A DNA stretch of 64,000 bases, filler included, from Caldilineae bacterium (GTDB lineage: Bacteria > Chloroflexota > Anaerolineae > DTLA01), in NCBI GenBank assembly GCA_037446815.1. It is 6 parts of 6 records of this genome, joined end to end, with 100 filler letters (N's around TTAATTAATTAA, not from the genome) between each part and the next. Parts side by side here need not be neighbours in the genome. Positions count along the whole stretch, not along the records: positions 35,064 to 46,349 come from JBBIHX010000088.1; positions 46,450 to 57,721 come from JBBIHX010000089.1; 4 more parts are not named here. One strand, written 5' to 3'. The notes under the pieces are model-generated. The model was not told the DNA's origin and searched no databases. It saw nothing but the letters and a program-made list of their open reading frames with translations. A program made the translations under genes and the position numbers. Every line of letters starts with the position of its first letter. The stretch's first letter is position 1. Of the stretch, positions 42,135-52,708 are shown piece after piece.

Positions 42135-43205
42135 ATGGCATTCGTGACCGGCCTGTTTCTGATTGATGCACCTGCATCGGCTTTGAACAACCTTGTTCAG
42201 ATTGAAGGGGCGGAGAACGCCTCGGGTGTGAAGTACATCCGCACCCGCGAGGGGGCGTATCCGTATGTGTCTGCTCAGGCGTTTCGCTACTGGCTGCGGC
42301 GCACGCTGGAAAGCGGGCCCTGGGGCTGGAAGGCGGCTCCCATCTTCCGAGAGCAGAAGGTCGCGTACACCGACGCCAACCCGATCCGATATTGGGACGA
42401 CGATCTGTTTGGGTACATGCGGGCGCCCTCAAAGAAAGCCTCGGCAGTGGAGGCTCGCGGGGCGGACGCCAATCGCGCGAATGAGACTCCGACTGCAGAG
42501 ACCGTTACCCGTGTCTCCCCATTCCGCACCAGCACCCTGGTTTCTATCGCCCCGGTAACCTTGGTCAACGATTTCGGCGTGATGGCCCGGCATGAGGGGG
42601 ATCCTGTTCCCCATGAGCACCAATTCTACCGCACGACGCTGCAGGGGCTTTTCTCTTTGGACCTGCATGCTGCGGGCACGTTCACGTATCGGGACAAGAC
42701 GGGCTATCTGAATCTGGATGATGTGCGCGTGGCCGAGGCGAAGGACGCAAATCTGCTAGACCTGACAGGGGAGAAAGCGTACCGGCTGCCCACGGCCCAG
42801 CGGCTGCAGCGCATTGGCGCTTTGCTGGAGGCGCTTGCCGTGCTGGACGGTGGGGCCAAACAGGCGTTGCACTACACCGACGTAAGCCCTGACCTGCTGT
42901 TTGCGGCGGTAACGCAGGGCGGCAACCACATCTTCGGCCACATTGTTGGGGCTGATTCGCGGGGGCAGCCTTGCGTCAAGGTGGAGGCTCTGGCTGAAAG
43001 CCTTCGCGTGCATGCTAGCGACATTCTCTCCAGGGTGTACGTCGGATGGGTGCCGGGCTACCTGGACGGCGAGCGCGCTCGCTTTGAGGAGGCGCTGCAG
43101 GATGGGTTGGCCGCATGGAAGGAGCGTGTCGTTATCCTGCACCCGCGGGAGGCCCTCTCGGCGCTGGTCGGCGAACTGAAGGCACACGCCGAGTGGCTGG
43201 AGTGA
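42135..43205 (+). CDS. cas7: Cas7 (Cst2/DevR family)
   Basis: DAPASALNN, PYVSAQAFRYWLR, DDDLFGYMRA and TRVSPFR motifs. Confidence 0.9.
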   Translation: MAFVTGLFLIDAPASALNNLVQIEGAENASGVKYIRTREGAYPYVSAQAFRYWLRRTLESGPWGWKAAPIFREQKVAYTDANPIRYWDDDLFGYMRAPSKKASAVEARGADANRANETPTAETVTRVSPFRTSTLVSIAPVTLVNDFGVMARHEGDPVPHEHQFYRTTLQGLFSLDLHAAGTFTYRDKTGYLNLDDVRVAEAKDANLLDLTGEKAYRLPTAQRLQRIGALLEALAVLDGGAKQALHYTDVSPDLLFAAVTQGGNHIFGHIVGADSRGQPCVKVEALAESLRVHASDILSRVYVGWVPGYLDGERARFEEALQDGLAAWKERVVILHPREALSALVGELKAHAEWLE

Positions 43206-43217
43206 TGGAGGGTCACC

Positions 43218-43961
43218 ATGGAAGTCCTGAAGGTGGTGGCGGAAGGGCTGACCACGTCCTTCCGCTATCCCCACTTCATGCAGGGGGTGCAGCCGACCTT
43301 TGAGATGCCGCCGCCGGCGACGATCTACGGCCACATCTGCAGCGCGCTCGGGGAATGGTTTGACCCAAGCGGCGTTGAGTTTGCGATGCTCTTCTCGTTT
43401 CACGCGCGCTTTGAGGATATGGAACATACCCATCTTGTATCGGCCGCGAGTGGGTACCTGGAGGGGACGCGCACGCCGAAAGCGCTGGAGGGCCGCATCA
43501 ACCCCTTTCAACGCGGCATTCTGTTTCGTCCGCGTCTGGTGCTGTACGTGAATCGGCCGGAGTGGGCGCCCCACTTCCGCCGTCCGCGCTACCCCGTGGT
43601 GCTGGGGCGGTCGCAGGATCTCTTCACCTACACCGAGGTCAGGGTTGTTTGCCTGGAGAGGGCCGCGCATGCCTACTTTGAGCACACGCTTGCGCCGTAC
43701 TCATTCGCTCGGCGAACGGCGCACGGGATCGTTGTGCTCATGCCGCGGTATCTGGATTATCGGCGCTCGCGGTTTCCGGTGTTCGGAAGGTATGTGGTTC
43801 TTCACCGGCGGGTGCACAGTCGGGATTTCCTCCAAGTGGCCGGTGAGCCGGACATGCAGTTCTGGGTGGACCCGACCTCTACGCCGGTAAACGGAGATCT
43901 ACTGGGCCTTGTGTTCCACTCGTGGGTAGGCGAAGATGAGAGTGCCCTCCGCTTGGCCTGA
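43218..43961 (+). CDS. cas5: Cas5 (type I-B)
   Basis: TTSFRYP, PPPATIYG.I.SA.G and LGRSQDL motifs. Confidence 0.9.
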   Translation: MEVLKVVAEGLTTSFRYPHFMQGVQPTFEMPPPATIYGHICSALGEWFDPSGVEFAMLFSFHARFEDMEHTHLVSAASGYLEGTRTPKALEGRINPFQRGILFRPRLVLYVNRPEWAPHFRRPRYPVVLGRSQDLFTYTEVRVVCLERAAHAYFEHTLAPYSFARRTAHGIVVLMPRYLDYRRSRFPVFGRYVVLHRRVHSRDFLQVAGEPDMQFWVDPTSTPVNGDLLGLVFHSWVGEDESALRLA

Positions 43962-46290
43962 GTGGCTGGACTCGGTCTGGGCAAAGAGTCCAAGAGCAGG
44001 TGCGACTGAGGGGGAGACCCTGGCCGCGCATACATGGGCGGTGTTGTGCAGGCTGCGCGACCTCGTTCGGCTGCGGCCAGGGCTTCCTGATGCAGTGGGG
44101 TTGCCGCGACTGTGGCATCTCTTGTTCTGGGCGGCTTTGTTGCACGATTGGGGAAAGGCAGCGAAGGGCTTTCAGGCAGCAGTGCGGGGTGGCGCTGCTT
44201 GGTGGCACCGACATGAGGTCCTATCGCTCGCCTTCCTCAACTGGATTGGCGATGTTCTTGCTGATGACGAGGCGGCCTGGGTAGCGGCGGGCATCTGCTT
44301 GCATCACAAGGACATGCCGGAACTCCAGGTGCTGTACCCGCTCGGGCTGGAGCCGGAAGACGATCCTGTCAGCGCTCTGGTGCAGGAACTCTCGGAAGAA
44401 GCCGTCCGTGGGCTTTGGCGATGGCTTTCGCAAGTGGCCGAGCATTGGGTTTGCGAACTGGGGCTGGAGGGAGCAGGAATCCGGTTGCCCATACTTGCCG
44501 GAGGAGGCGAGGCGCCCGTTTCGACACAAGACGAGGCGGCGAAATGGATTCGCACGTGGATGCGCCGCTGCCGGGCACTATTGCGTGAGTTGGAGCAGGA
44601 TTCGGGCGACCGTCTCCGAGTATGGCTGATGCTGCTGCGAGGGTATATCCTCCAATCGGATCATGCGGCTTCGGCCGGCGTTAGGGTTTTACCCGCGGCG
44701 GATGTTCGCAGAGAGGTTGTCCTCACCGCGGCCCACGTAACGCCGGATGCCCTCCACCCGCATCAGCGCGAGGCGGCCAACGTGTCGGGGTCCGCCATCT
44801 TGATTGCACCCACGGGCAGTGGCAAGACGGAATCGGCTTTGCTGTGGGTGGCGCACCAGGTGGAGATGCGGGGCGCGATTCCCCGTGTCTTCTACACGCT
44901 CCCGTATCAGGCCAGCATGAATGCGATGTACGATCGGCTATGCGCCATGTTCCCGGAGCGCGTGGGCCTGATTCACGGGCGGAGCACCCTTGCACTGTAC
45001 CGGCGGCTCATGGATCAGAACTACTCGCCCACGGAGGCAACATCTCTGGCTCGGCATCTGCACGACCTGGCAAGGCTCAACGTGCTTCCGATACGAGTCT
45101 TCAGTCCCTATCAAATGCTCAAGGCTGTTTACCAGTTGAAGGGCTACGAGGCGATGCTGGCAGACTATGCCCAGGCGCTCTTCATATTTGACGAGATCCA
45201 CGCGTATGAGCCAGCGCGGCTGGCGATGATTCTGGAAACCGTGCGCTATTTGCGGGAGCGTTTGGGGGCTTGTTTCTTCGTCATGACCGCGACAATGCCG
45301 GCTCCCGTTCGCCGATACGTGCATGAGGCCCTCGGCGGGCCGCCGCTGGTGCGTGCCTCCGATGACGTGTTCCGGGCATTCGGGCGTCATCAACTGCATC
45401 TCCTGTCGGGGGAGTTGATCTCCGATGACGGTCTCGGAAGGATAGCCGACGCGTTCACACGCGGGCAATCGGTGCTGGTAACCTGCAACACGGTCGCCCG
45501 TGCTCAGCAAGCCTATCAGGCACTGAAGGATCGTCTTCCTCCGGATTTGTCTTGCCGTGTCATCCTGTTGCATGGACGTTTCAACGGGCGGGATCGCCTG
45601 ACGAAGGAGCGGGCGATCATCGGCGCTGTGGGCATGGGCAGTGCGGAGCGGCGTCCTGTGCTGGTGGTTTCCACGCAGGTCGTTGAGGTGAGCCTGAACA
45701 TAGACCTGGACACGATCTACACCGACCCCGCGCCGTTGGAGGCGCTTATCCAGCGCTTTGGGCGCGTGAACCGGAGGCGTAGGCAGCACCTGGCTCCGGT
45801 ATACGTGTTCACGGAGCCGGCGGACGGTCAGGGGGTCTATGCTCCTCCGCTTGTCCAGCGCGCCCTGGAAACGCTGACAGCGCACGCGAATGGCCGGGCG
45901 ATAGACGAGGCCGCAATACAGGGGTGGCTGGATGAAATCTACCAGGGCGATGCCCTTAGAGAATGGGAGAAGACATACTCGGAGGTGGCCCGGGAGTTTG
46001 CCGATGCTTTCCTCCGCCCGTTGCGACCGTTCAACTCCGACGCCGGGCTTGAGCAGGAATTCAACCGCCTGTTTGATGGCGTAGAAGTGCTGCCGAGCGT
46101 GCTCGTCCACGAATACAACCGACTGAGGGAGGAACGCCCCCTTGAGGCTGCGGAGTGCCTCGTGCCCATCGGTTGGCGCCAATGGGCGTTCCTGAAGCAG
46201 GCGCGGCGCGTCGTGTCGGCGCCGGATGTCTGGCCACCCGTTGTGGATACGCCGTATTCACCTGAAACCGGATTGGAGTTTGAGCGATGA
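43936..46290 (+). CDS. cas3: Cas3 HD nuclease-helicase
   Basis: WAKS..ETL.AH, LHDWGK, HRHE, HH, SDHAAS; APTGSGKT, DEIH, TAT, STQVVEVSL and QRFGRVNR motifs. Confidence 0.95.
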   Translation: MRVPSAWPEWLDSVWAKSPRAGATEGETLAAHTWAVLCRLRDLVRLRPGLPDAVGLPRLWHLLFWAALLHDWGKAAKGFQAAVRGGAAWWHRHEVLSLAFLNWIGDVLADDEAAWVAAGICLHHKDMPELQVLYPLGLEPEDDPVSALVQELSEEAVRGLWRWLSQVAEHWVCELGLEGAGIRLPILAGGGEAPVSTQDEAAKWIRTWMRRCRALLRELEQDSGDRLRVWLMLLRGYILQSDHAASAGVRVLPAADVRREVVLTAAHVTPDALHPHQREAANVSGSAILIAPTGSGKTESALLWVAHQVEMRGAIPRVFYTLPYQASMNAMYDRLCAMFPERVGLIHGRSTLALYRRLMDQNYSPTEATSLARHLHDLARLNVLPIRVFSPYQMLKAVYQLKGYEAMLADYAQALFIFDEIHAYEPARLAMILETVRYLRERLGACFFVMTATMPAPVRRYVHEALGGPPLVRASDDVFRAFGRHQLHLLSGELISDDGLGRIADAFTRGQSVLVTCNTVARAQQAYQALKDRLPPDLSCRVILLHGRFNGRDRLTKERAIIGAVGMGSAERRPVLVVSTQVVEVSLNIDLDTIYTDPAPLEALIQRFGRVNRRRRQHLAPVYVFTEPADGQGVYAPPLVQRALETLTAHANGRAIDEAAIQGWLDEIYQGDALREWEKTYSEVAREFADAFLRPLRPFNSDAGLEQEFNRLFDGVEVLPSVLVHEYNRLREERPLEAAECLVPIGWRQWAFLKQARRVVSAPDVWPPVVDTPYSPETGLEFER

Positions 46291-46349
46291 CAAGCACCTT
46301 CACCATCCACCACCTGCGGTTCACGGCGGAGGTGGAGACGACGATAGAG
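46287..46349 (+). CDS. Partial gene cut by contig end, probably cas6
   Basis: ATGA overlap with the cas3 stop. MTSTFTIHHLRFTAEVETTIE resembles Cas6 N-termini, but only 21 aa are visible. Confidence 0.45.
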
Positions 46350-46464
46350 NNNNNNNNNNNNNNNNNNNNNNNNNNNNNNNNNNNNNNNNNNNNTTAATTA
46401 ATTAANNNNNNNNNNNNNNNNNNNNNNNNNNNNNNNNNNNNNNNNNNNNCAAGGAGGCGTCACG

Positions 46465-46854
46465 ATGAAAATGGCGCGGATTGAATCCGCCGCGCGCGTC
46501 GTGTTGGAATTCGCCGACGCCTTCAACCGCCACGACGTCGCGGACATCGTTCAACGGCTGACCGACGACTGCGTCCTGGAGACGGCCGATCCGCCGCCCG
46601 ACGGCGCGACCTATGCCGGCAAGGCCGCCATAGCCCAGTTCTGGCGCGATTTCTTCGGCCAAGCGCCCCAGGCCCGAATCAAGATTGAGGACGTGTTCGG
46701 CTTCGGCCTGCGGTGCATCATGCGCTGGCGCTGCGACTGGACGACCGCGACAGGCGAAGAAGCCCACCTGCGTGGCGTGGACATCTTCCACGTGCGGGGC
46801 GATGCCATCTGTGAGCACCGCTCCTACGTCAAAGGCCCGTTCGCGCGCCCGTAG
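46465..46854 (+). CDS. SnoaL/NTF2-like protein
   Basis: F.DAFNRHD..I...TDDCV and GVDIF.VR...I.E..SY motifs; AAGGAGG RBS. Confidence 0.85.
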   Translation: MKMARIESAARVVLEFADAFNRHDVADIVQRLTDDCVLETADPPPDGATYAGKAAIAQFWRDFFGQAPQARIKIEDVFGFGLRCIMRWRCDWTTATGEEAHLRGVDIFHVRGDAICEHRSYVKGPFARP

Positions 46855-46901
46855 CGCCGCCCGCAATTGACAACTCGCCCCCGGCCGGCTAAAGTGGCCC
46901 C

Positions 46902-49079
46902 ATGAGACGATTCGTCGCGCTGACCCTGATTGCGGTTTCGCTGGCCGCGTGTGCATCGCCCGCGCCCACAGGCGGCCCGCCCTCCACCCCAACCGCCACG
47001 CCGCGGCCCGCATCGCCCACGCCGCCGCCCACAGCCACGCCCTCCCCGTCGCCAACTCCGATGCCCCTGCTGGCGCTCCGCGATCGGTGGGTGTATCCTA
47101 CCGCCGCCAACTGGCACGAGACCGAGGCGTTCTGGACGCTGGACGTGGCCGACCTGGATGGCGACGGCTCGGCGGAAATCCTGGCCGGTTCGCACGACCG
47201 CTACTTCTACGCCTTCGCCGCCGATGGTTCGGTTCGGTGGCGGTTCCGCGCCGAGGCGGTCATCTACGCCGCGCAGGTGGTCGCCGCGCCCGATGGCCTG
47301 CCGCGCATCCTCATCGGCGACGACGCCGACCGCGTGTACCTGCTGGACGGCGAGGGCGCTGCGCTGTGGCAGACGCGCTTGGACGGCCGCATCACGCACC
47401 TGGCCGCCCTGGGCGACGCGCTGCTAGCCGGGACGTGGGCCGGCACGCTGGCCGCGCTGGATTCGGCGGGCGCGGTGCGGTGGACGGCCCGCCTGCCGGG
47501 CGCGCCGCTCTCGCTGGTCGTTGCGCCCGTCGCTGGCGCGGATATCCTCGTCGGCCTGGACTCGGGGCATGTGCTGGGCGTCGCCGCCGACGGCCAAATC
47601 GCGTGGGACAAGCCGATCGCCGATGTGCCCGTGGCCGCGCGCCCCTGCGCCCTGGACGGTATCGCCTGGGTGTCGGGCGATGGGACGGGCACGCTCGCGG
47701 CGTGGGACGCGAACGGCGCGCGCCTGTGGGCGCTTGAGGTCGGGGGCGGGATTCCCGTCTGGGCCGAGGCCCGATTGCCGCGCGGCCCCGCGCTCATCGT
47801 CGGCGCGGGCGACCCCGTGAACGCCGTCTATGCGGTCTCGCCGCAGGGCCGCGCGCTCTGGAAGGCCGCCGTTGGGGGCGGCGTGTGGGATGTGGCCGCC
47901 GCGGATGTGGACGGCGACGGCGAGGCCGAAATCCTGGCGGCGACGGAAGGGGGGACCGTAACCATCCTGTCGGGCGAAGGGCAGGTGCGCGGCGTGTGGT
48001 ACGCACCTTCGCGGGTTGCGGGGATTCGCGTGGTGGCGCTCCAGGCGGGGGACAGGCCGCAGGTGGTGCTGCGTGAGGGGCGTTTCGTCCACGTCCTAGA
48101 ACCCGTGGCCGGCGGCGTTCCGGCGCCCATTCCGACGCCAGGCCCGCCCACGCTGGCGACTTGGGACGGCGCGCTCCCCGCCGAGGACGGGACGGTGCTC
48201 CTGGCGGCCGCGGGGGATGTGATGCTGGCCCGCACCGTGGGCGAGTACGCGGCGAGGTACGGCGTGGACTATCCCTTCGCGCCGGTGGTCGCCGCGCTGA
48301 AGCAGGCCGACATCGCCGTGGCCAACCTGGAATGCCCCATCGCGCTGGGGGGCGAACCGTGGCCGAAAACCTACGTCTTCCGCGCCCATCCGTCCATGGC
48401 GCTGGCGCTGGGTCGCTCGGGGCTGAATGCCATCTCCCTCGCCAACAATCACGTCTTGGACTTCGGCGTGGCGGGCCTCGCGGAGACGGTGCGCCACGTA
48501 ACGGCCCAGGGGCTTGCCGTCCTAGGCGCGGGGATGGACCGCGCGGAGGCGGAGCGGCCGCTGGTGTACGACATCCGCGGCGTCAAGGTGGCGCTGGTGG
48601 CGTGGGTGAGTTACGCGCCCGCGACGTTCGCCGCCGGCGATGCGCGCCCGGGCGTGGCCTTCCTGGACGACCTGGAGCGGATGGCGCGGCAGATTGAGGA
48701 TGCCAAGAAGCAGGCAGATGCCGTCATCGTCATCCTGCACGGGGGCAAGGAGTACGACGCCGTGCCCACCGCGCAGCAACAGGCGGCGGCCCGCCGCGCG
48801 GTGGACGCAGGCGCGGACCTGGTCGTGGGCCACCACCCGCACGTCCTCCAGCCTGCCGAAATCTACAAGGGGAAACTCATCGCCTACAGCCTGGGCGATT
48901 TCGTGTTTGACATTGACAACTACGACGCGGCCCGAGATGGCGCCATCCTGTGGGCATGGATCGGGAAGGATGGCGTGCGGCGGGCGGAACTGTGGTACAC
49001 GCGCATCGTGCACGACGCGCAGGTGCGCTTCCACATGGGGGCCGACGGCCAGCCTCTGCGCGAGGCGCTGTTGCCCTGA
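46902..49079 (+). CDS. Lipoprotein: PQQ/FG-GAP-like beta-propeller fused to a CapA-family metallophosphoesterase
   Basis: Lipobox LAAC, Pro/Thr linker, DLDGDG..EI motifs, G...W repeats; GDVML, NLE, LANNH..DFG, GHHPH and YSLG motifs. Confidence 0.85.
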   Translation: MRRFVALTLIAVSLAACASPAPTGGPPSTPTATPRPASPTPPPTATPSPSPTPMPLLALRDRWVYPTAANWHETEAFWTLDVADLDGDGSAEILAGSHDRYFYAFAADGSVRWRFRAEAVIYAAQVVAAPDGLPRILIGDDADRVYLLDGEGAALWQTRLDGRITHLAALGDALLAGTWAGTLAALDSAGAVRWTARLPGAPLSLVVAPVAGADILVGLDSGHVLGVAADGQIAWDKPIADVPVAARPCALDGIAWVSGDGTGTLAAWDANGARLWALEVGGGIPVWAEARLPRGPALIVGAGDPVNAVYAVSPQGRALWKAAVGGGVWDVAAADVDGDGEAEILAATEGGTVTILSGEGQVRGVWYAPSRVAGIRVVALQAGDRPQVVLREGRFVHVLEPVAGGVPAPIPTPGPPTLATWDGALPAEDGTVLLAAAGDVMLARTVGEYAARYGVDYPFAPVVAALKQADIAVANLECPIALGGEPWPKTYVFRAHPSMALALGRSGLNAISLANNHVLDFGVAGLAETVRHVTAQGLAVLGAGMDRAEAERPLVYDIRGVKVALVAWVSYAPATFAAGDARPGVAFLDDLERMARQIEDAKKQADAVIVILHGGKEYDAVPTAQQQAAARRAVDAGADLVVGHHPHVLQPAEIYKGKLIAYSLGDFVFDIDNYDAARDGAILWAWIGKDGVRRAELWYTRIVHDAQVRFHMGADGQPLREALLP

Positions 49080-49207
49080 TGGGGGAGTGAACGCACCGCG
49101 GGGACGCCGAGGGCGCAGAGGAAAAGCAAGTTTCTCTCTGCGCGCTCGGAAGAGGGGTATCTAGCTTGCTGTGCGTCTGCGCACGGGTGCGCGTCGCACG
49201 GGCACCG

Positions 49208-49966
49208 TTACCCTTTCTTGCTCTGCTCGCGGTGGTATTGCAAGGTGCGCGTGATGATATCATCCGCAGGGCGGGCGCCGCGCGATTCCTTTTCCTTGAC
49301 GCGGGCGCGCTTCTCCTGCCTCTGGGCGCGTTCCCGGGCCTGCTGGAGCGCCAGTTCCATGACGGTGGGGATGGCCTCCTCTTCCTCCTCCGCTTCGGCG
49401 ACCTCCTCCTCGGGCTCCGGCTCTTTCTCTATGAGCGCCTTCATGCTGAGGGAAATCTTGTTGTTTTCCACCTTCAGGATCTTGACCTGAACCTCGTCGC
49501 CCACGGATACAACATCGGCCGGGTTGCGGACGAACTCGTCGGACATCTCGGACACATGGATAAGGCCGTCGGTCTTCGCGCCGATGTTGACGAACGCGCC
49601 GAAATTGGTGATGCGCACCACCTTGCCGGTTACCACCATGCCCGGCTTCAGGTCGGACATGCGGTACTTCAGAGGCTCTTTCAGCGTGGCGCGGAAACTC
49701 TTGAGGTCGGGGGCCACCGCCTTGACCCACACGGTGATGGGATCGCCCACGTGGAATTCAATCCCCTTGTCCTTGCCCAGCGGGCGGTATTCGGATGCGT
49801 GAAGGAAGCCCTCGCCGTCCAATCCGGCATCAATGAAGACGCCCACCTCGGACACGCGCTTGACGGTGCCGCGCACCTCCATGTTCTTCTTCAGGTCCCG
49901 GATGGTGAGCACCATGGGGGCCTCGGGCGAACCCGCCTGCGCGAGTTCCTGCTGATGATTCTCCAT
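49208..49966 (-). CDS. S1 RNA-binding domain protein (two S1 domains)
   Basis: G.V...GVFID.G...GFLH.SE and G.V..ITNFGAFV.IG..DGLIHVSEM; charged C-terminal tail. Confidence 0.88.
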   Translation of the reverse strand: MENHQQELAQAGSPEAPMVLTIRDLKKNMEVRGTVKRVSEVGVFIDAGLDGEGFLHASEYRPLGKDKGIEFHVGDPITVWVKAVAPDLKSFRATLKEPLKYRMSDLKPGMVVTGKVVRITNFGAFVNIGAKTDGLIHVSEMSDEFVRNPADVVSVGDEVQVKILKVENNKISLSMKALIEKEPEPEEEVAEAEEEEEAIPTVMELALQQARERAQRQEKRARVKEKESRGARPADDIITRTLQYHREQSKKG

Positions 49967-50055
49967 AAAGACACTGCCTCCTGGGTTTCTGGTATCGTTT
50001 GGGACGGCCGGCGGGCAAAAGAACAAGGCCCGCTGTCCCGGCGCCTTGTGTCATA

Positions 50056-50084
50056 AGAATATCACATGAGCCGCGTTGTGTCAA
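50056..50084 (-). promoter_or_regulatory. Putative promoter of the S1-domain gene
   Basis: Minus strand TTGACA-N17-TATTCT. Confidence 0.6.
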
Positions 50085-50088
50085 AGGC

Positions 50089-50165
50089 TGGCGCCCCTGG
50101 AGGGACTCGAACCCCCAACGACAGGGCTTAGGACGCCCTCGCTCTGTCCTTTGAGCTACAGGGGC
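50089..50165 (-). tRNA. tRNA-Arg(CCT)
   Basis: Cloverleaf: GCCCCTG/CAGGGGC acceptor, GCTC/GAGC D-stem, AGGGC-GTCCTAA-GCCCT anticodon arm, TTCGAGT T-loop, encoded CCA. Confidence 0.93.
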
Positions 50166-50219
50166 ACGCGAGGGGATTATAGCACGGCGATGGCCCTGCG
50201 GCAAACGGCGGCGCCCGCG

Positions 50220-50561
50220 GATTCGGTTCCATCTTGTGTTGGTCTGTACGGCGCACCGCCTCCCCGCCCTGTCATGCTGAGCCGAAGGCGAAGCATCTCG
50301 GTCTGCGAGATTCTTCGCCCTCCGCCCCTCAGAATGACAGATTGCCGTGGGCGCGGGGGCGTGGCCCTCACCCCAGCCCTCTCCCGGCGGGCGAGGGAGC
50401 GTGGCCGCGCGGGGCTAAAGCCGCCGCGCTGAGGGTGGGTGCTTGTGGGGACGCAGCCCGGTCCTGTCACCCTGAGCGAAGAGAAGGGTCTCGGTCAGCG
50501 AAATTCTTCGCCCTCCGCCGCTCAGAGGACAGTAGATGCCAACAGACTTTGGAACCGACTC
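50220..50561 (+). mobile_element. MITE-like element, long (~342-bp) variant with different cargo
   Basis: Same TIRs as the 150-bp copies; interior is built from other palindromic modules. Confidence 0.7.
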
Positions 50562-50619
50562 AACCCGCAACCCAAACGGATGGACGGGGCCGCCGCTCGT
50601 CCTGTGGGGTTCGCCCCCC

Positions 50620-51492
50620 TTATAGCGTCTGGACGACCACGACCCGGTCCAGCCCCGCGTAGTCCTGCACGACGCGGATGTGCGCGTTCGGGAAGACCGC
50701 CTGGGCCGCGCGCCGCACCTCTGGGGCCTGGCCTGCGCCGATTTCCAGGACGACGGCGCCGCCCGGCCGTATGCGCGCCGGGGCCTGGGCCAGCAGGCGG
50801 CGGATGAGGTCCAGCCCGTTCCTGCCGCCGCGCAGGGCCTGCACCGGCTCGTGGAAGCGTATCTCGGGGGCCAGCGCCGGCCACTCGTCGTCGGCGACGT
50901 AGGGCAGGTTGGCCACCAGGATGTCCACGGCCCAGGGCAGGTGCTCCAGCAGGTCGCTCTGGACCAGGCACATGCGGGTCAGAACCCCGTGGCGCTCGGC
51001 GTTGCGCCAGGCCACTTCCAGCGCCTCGCGGGATGCATCCAGGGCGCAGACTTGGGCGTGGGGCAGGTGCGCGGCCAGAGCGATGGCGATGGCGCCGCTG
51101 CCCGTGCCCACGTCGGCGATGAGGATGGGCTGCCCGCCTCGGTGCCGCGCGCGCGCCAGGGCCAAGACCTCGTCCACGACGTGCTCGGTCTCGGGGCGGG
51201 GCACGAGGACGGCGGGCGTAACGGCGAAGTCCATGCCGTAGAACTCGCGATGGCCGGTGATGTAGGCCAGCGGCTCGCGCTTTTCCCTGCGGGCGATCCA
51301 AGCCTGGAAGCGCGGCCAGGCGTCGGCGGGCACGGCGTCGGTTGCGTGCGCCAGCAGGAACGCCCGCTCCACGCCGGCGCACTCGCACAGGAGAACCTCC
51401 GCGTCCAGGCGCGGTGTCTCACATCCGGCCGCGGCCAGCCGCTCCGTGGCCCAGAGCAGGGCATCTTGAATGCAGCGGGTGTTATCGGCCAT
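50620..51492 (-). CDS. prmC: Release factor glutamine methyltransferase
   Basis: [27 protein letters not shown] and ANLPY motifs. Confidence 0.95.
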   Translation of the reverse strand: MADNTRCIQDALLWATERLAAAGCETPRLDAEVLLCECAGVERAFLLAHATDAVPADAWPRFQAWIARREKREPLAYITGHREFYGMDFAVTPAVLVPRPETEHVVDEVLALARARHRGGQPILIADVGTGSGAIAIALAAHLPHAQVCALDASREALEVAWRNAERHGVLTRMCLVQSDLLEHLPWAVDILVANLPYVADDEWPALAPEIRFHEPVQALRGGRNGLDLIRRLLAQAPARIRPGGAVVLEIGAGQAPEVRRAAQAVFPNAHIRVVQDYAGLDRVVVVQTL

Positions 51493-52579
51493 TGGCTTCC
51501 CCAATGCTTTGCTCCAGCGACTGCTTCAGTTTCTCGGCCTGGTCTGCCAGGGCGAGTTGGTCAATGATCTCGTCCAGTTCCCCCGCCAGAATGCTCTCCA
51601 GCCGATGCGTGGTGTAGCGAATCCGATGGTCGGTAACGCGGTTCTGGGGGAAGTTGTAGGTGCGGATCTTCTCGCTCCGTTCGCCCGTCCCGACCTGGGC
51701 GCGGCGGGCGTCGGTGCGCTCGGCGATCTGCCGCTGCAACTCCATGTCGTACAGGCGGGCGCGGAGCACGCTCATCGCCCGCAACTTGTTCTGCAACTGC
51801 GACCGCTCGTCCTGGCACGACACCACGATGCCCGTGGGGATGTGGGTGATGCGCACCGCCGAGTCGGTGGTGTTGACGCTCTGGCCGCCGTGGCCCGTGG
51901 AACGGTACACGTCAATGCGCAGGTCGTTGGGGTCAATCTCCACTTCCACCTCGTCGGCCTCGGGCAGGACGGCTACCGTCGCCGTGGACGTATGGATGCG
52001 CCCGCTGGCCTCGGTTACGGGGACGCGCTGAACGCGGTGGACGCCGCTCTCGTACTTGAGCCGCGAGTACGCGCCGCGCCCCTGCACCTCAAAGATGATT
52101 TCCTTGTAGCCGCCGATGCCGCTCTCGCTGTAACTGATGATGGACGTCTTCCAGCCTTTGGCCTCGGCGTAGCGCATGTACATGCGGGCCAGTTCCGCGG
52201 CGAAGAGGCCGGCCTCGTCGCCGCCCGCGCCCGCGCGAATCTCCACGATGACGTCCTTCTCGTCGTTGGGGTCTTTGGGCAGCAGCGCCACGCGCAGTTC
52301 CTGGTACAGTTCCTCTTTTTGGGCTTCCAGGCTTTCCAACTCGTCGCGGGCCAGTTGCCGAATCTCCTCGTCGCTTTCCTCTTCCAGCAACTCGCGCGCC
52401 GAGGCGATCTGCTGTTCCACGGCCTTGTATCGGCGGAACAGCGACACGATAGGCTCAATCTCCGCCTGCTCTTGGGCGTAGATGCGCATCTTCTCGTGGT
52501 CGCGGCTGATTTCCGGGCTTGCCATCAGCCTATTCAGTTCTTCGTATCGCTCGTCAATCTGAGCCAGTTTCTCCAACAT
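51482..52579 (-). CDS. prfA: Peptide chain release factor 1
   Basis: [16 protein letters not shown] (PxT), GGQSVN and RSEKIRTYN motifs. Confidence 0.97.
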   Translation of the reverse strand: MLEKLAQIDERYEELNRLMASPEISRDHEKMRIYAQEQAEIEPIVSLFRRYKAVEQQIASARELLEEESDEEIRQLARDELESLEAQKEELYQELRVALLPKDPNDEKDVIVEIRAGAGGDEAGLFAAELARMYMRYAEAKGWKTSIISYSESGIGGYKEIIFEVQGRGAYSRLKYESGVHRVQRVPVTEASGRIHTSTATVAVLPEADEVEVEIDPNDLRIDVYRSTGHGGQSVNTTDSAVRITHIPTGIVVSCQDERSQLQNKLRAMSVLRARLYDMELQRQIAERTDARRAQVGTGERSEKIRTYNFPQNRVTDHRIRYTTHRLESILAGELDEIIDQLALADQAEKLKQSLEQSIGEANGR

Positions 52580-52708
52580 CTTCGCGTTTCCTCTCACAAC
52601 GAAAAGGGCCCACAGGCCCCTTCTGTACAAATAGTAATGGGAATCCCTGTTCCGTCAAATGCGCGCGGGGCGCAAATCGTTCGCCAGATGCAGCCGCTTG
52701 AGGCGCGG

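Noticed and set aside
50089..50165. tRNA as an integration site
   Set aside because: No integrase and no duplicated tRNA 3' end seen in the window.
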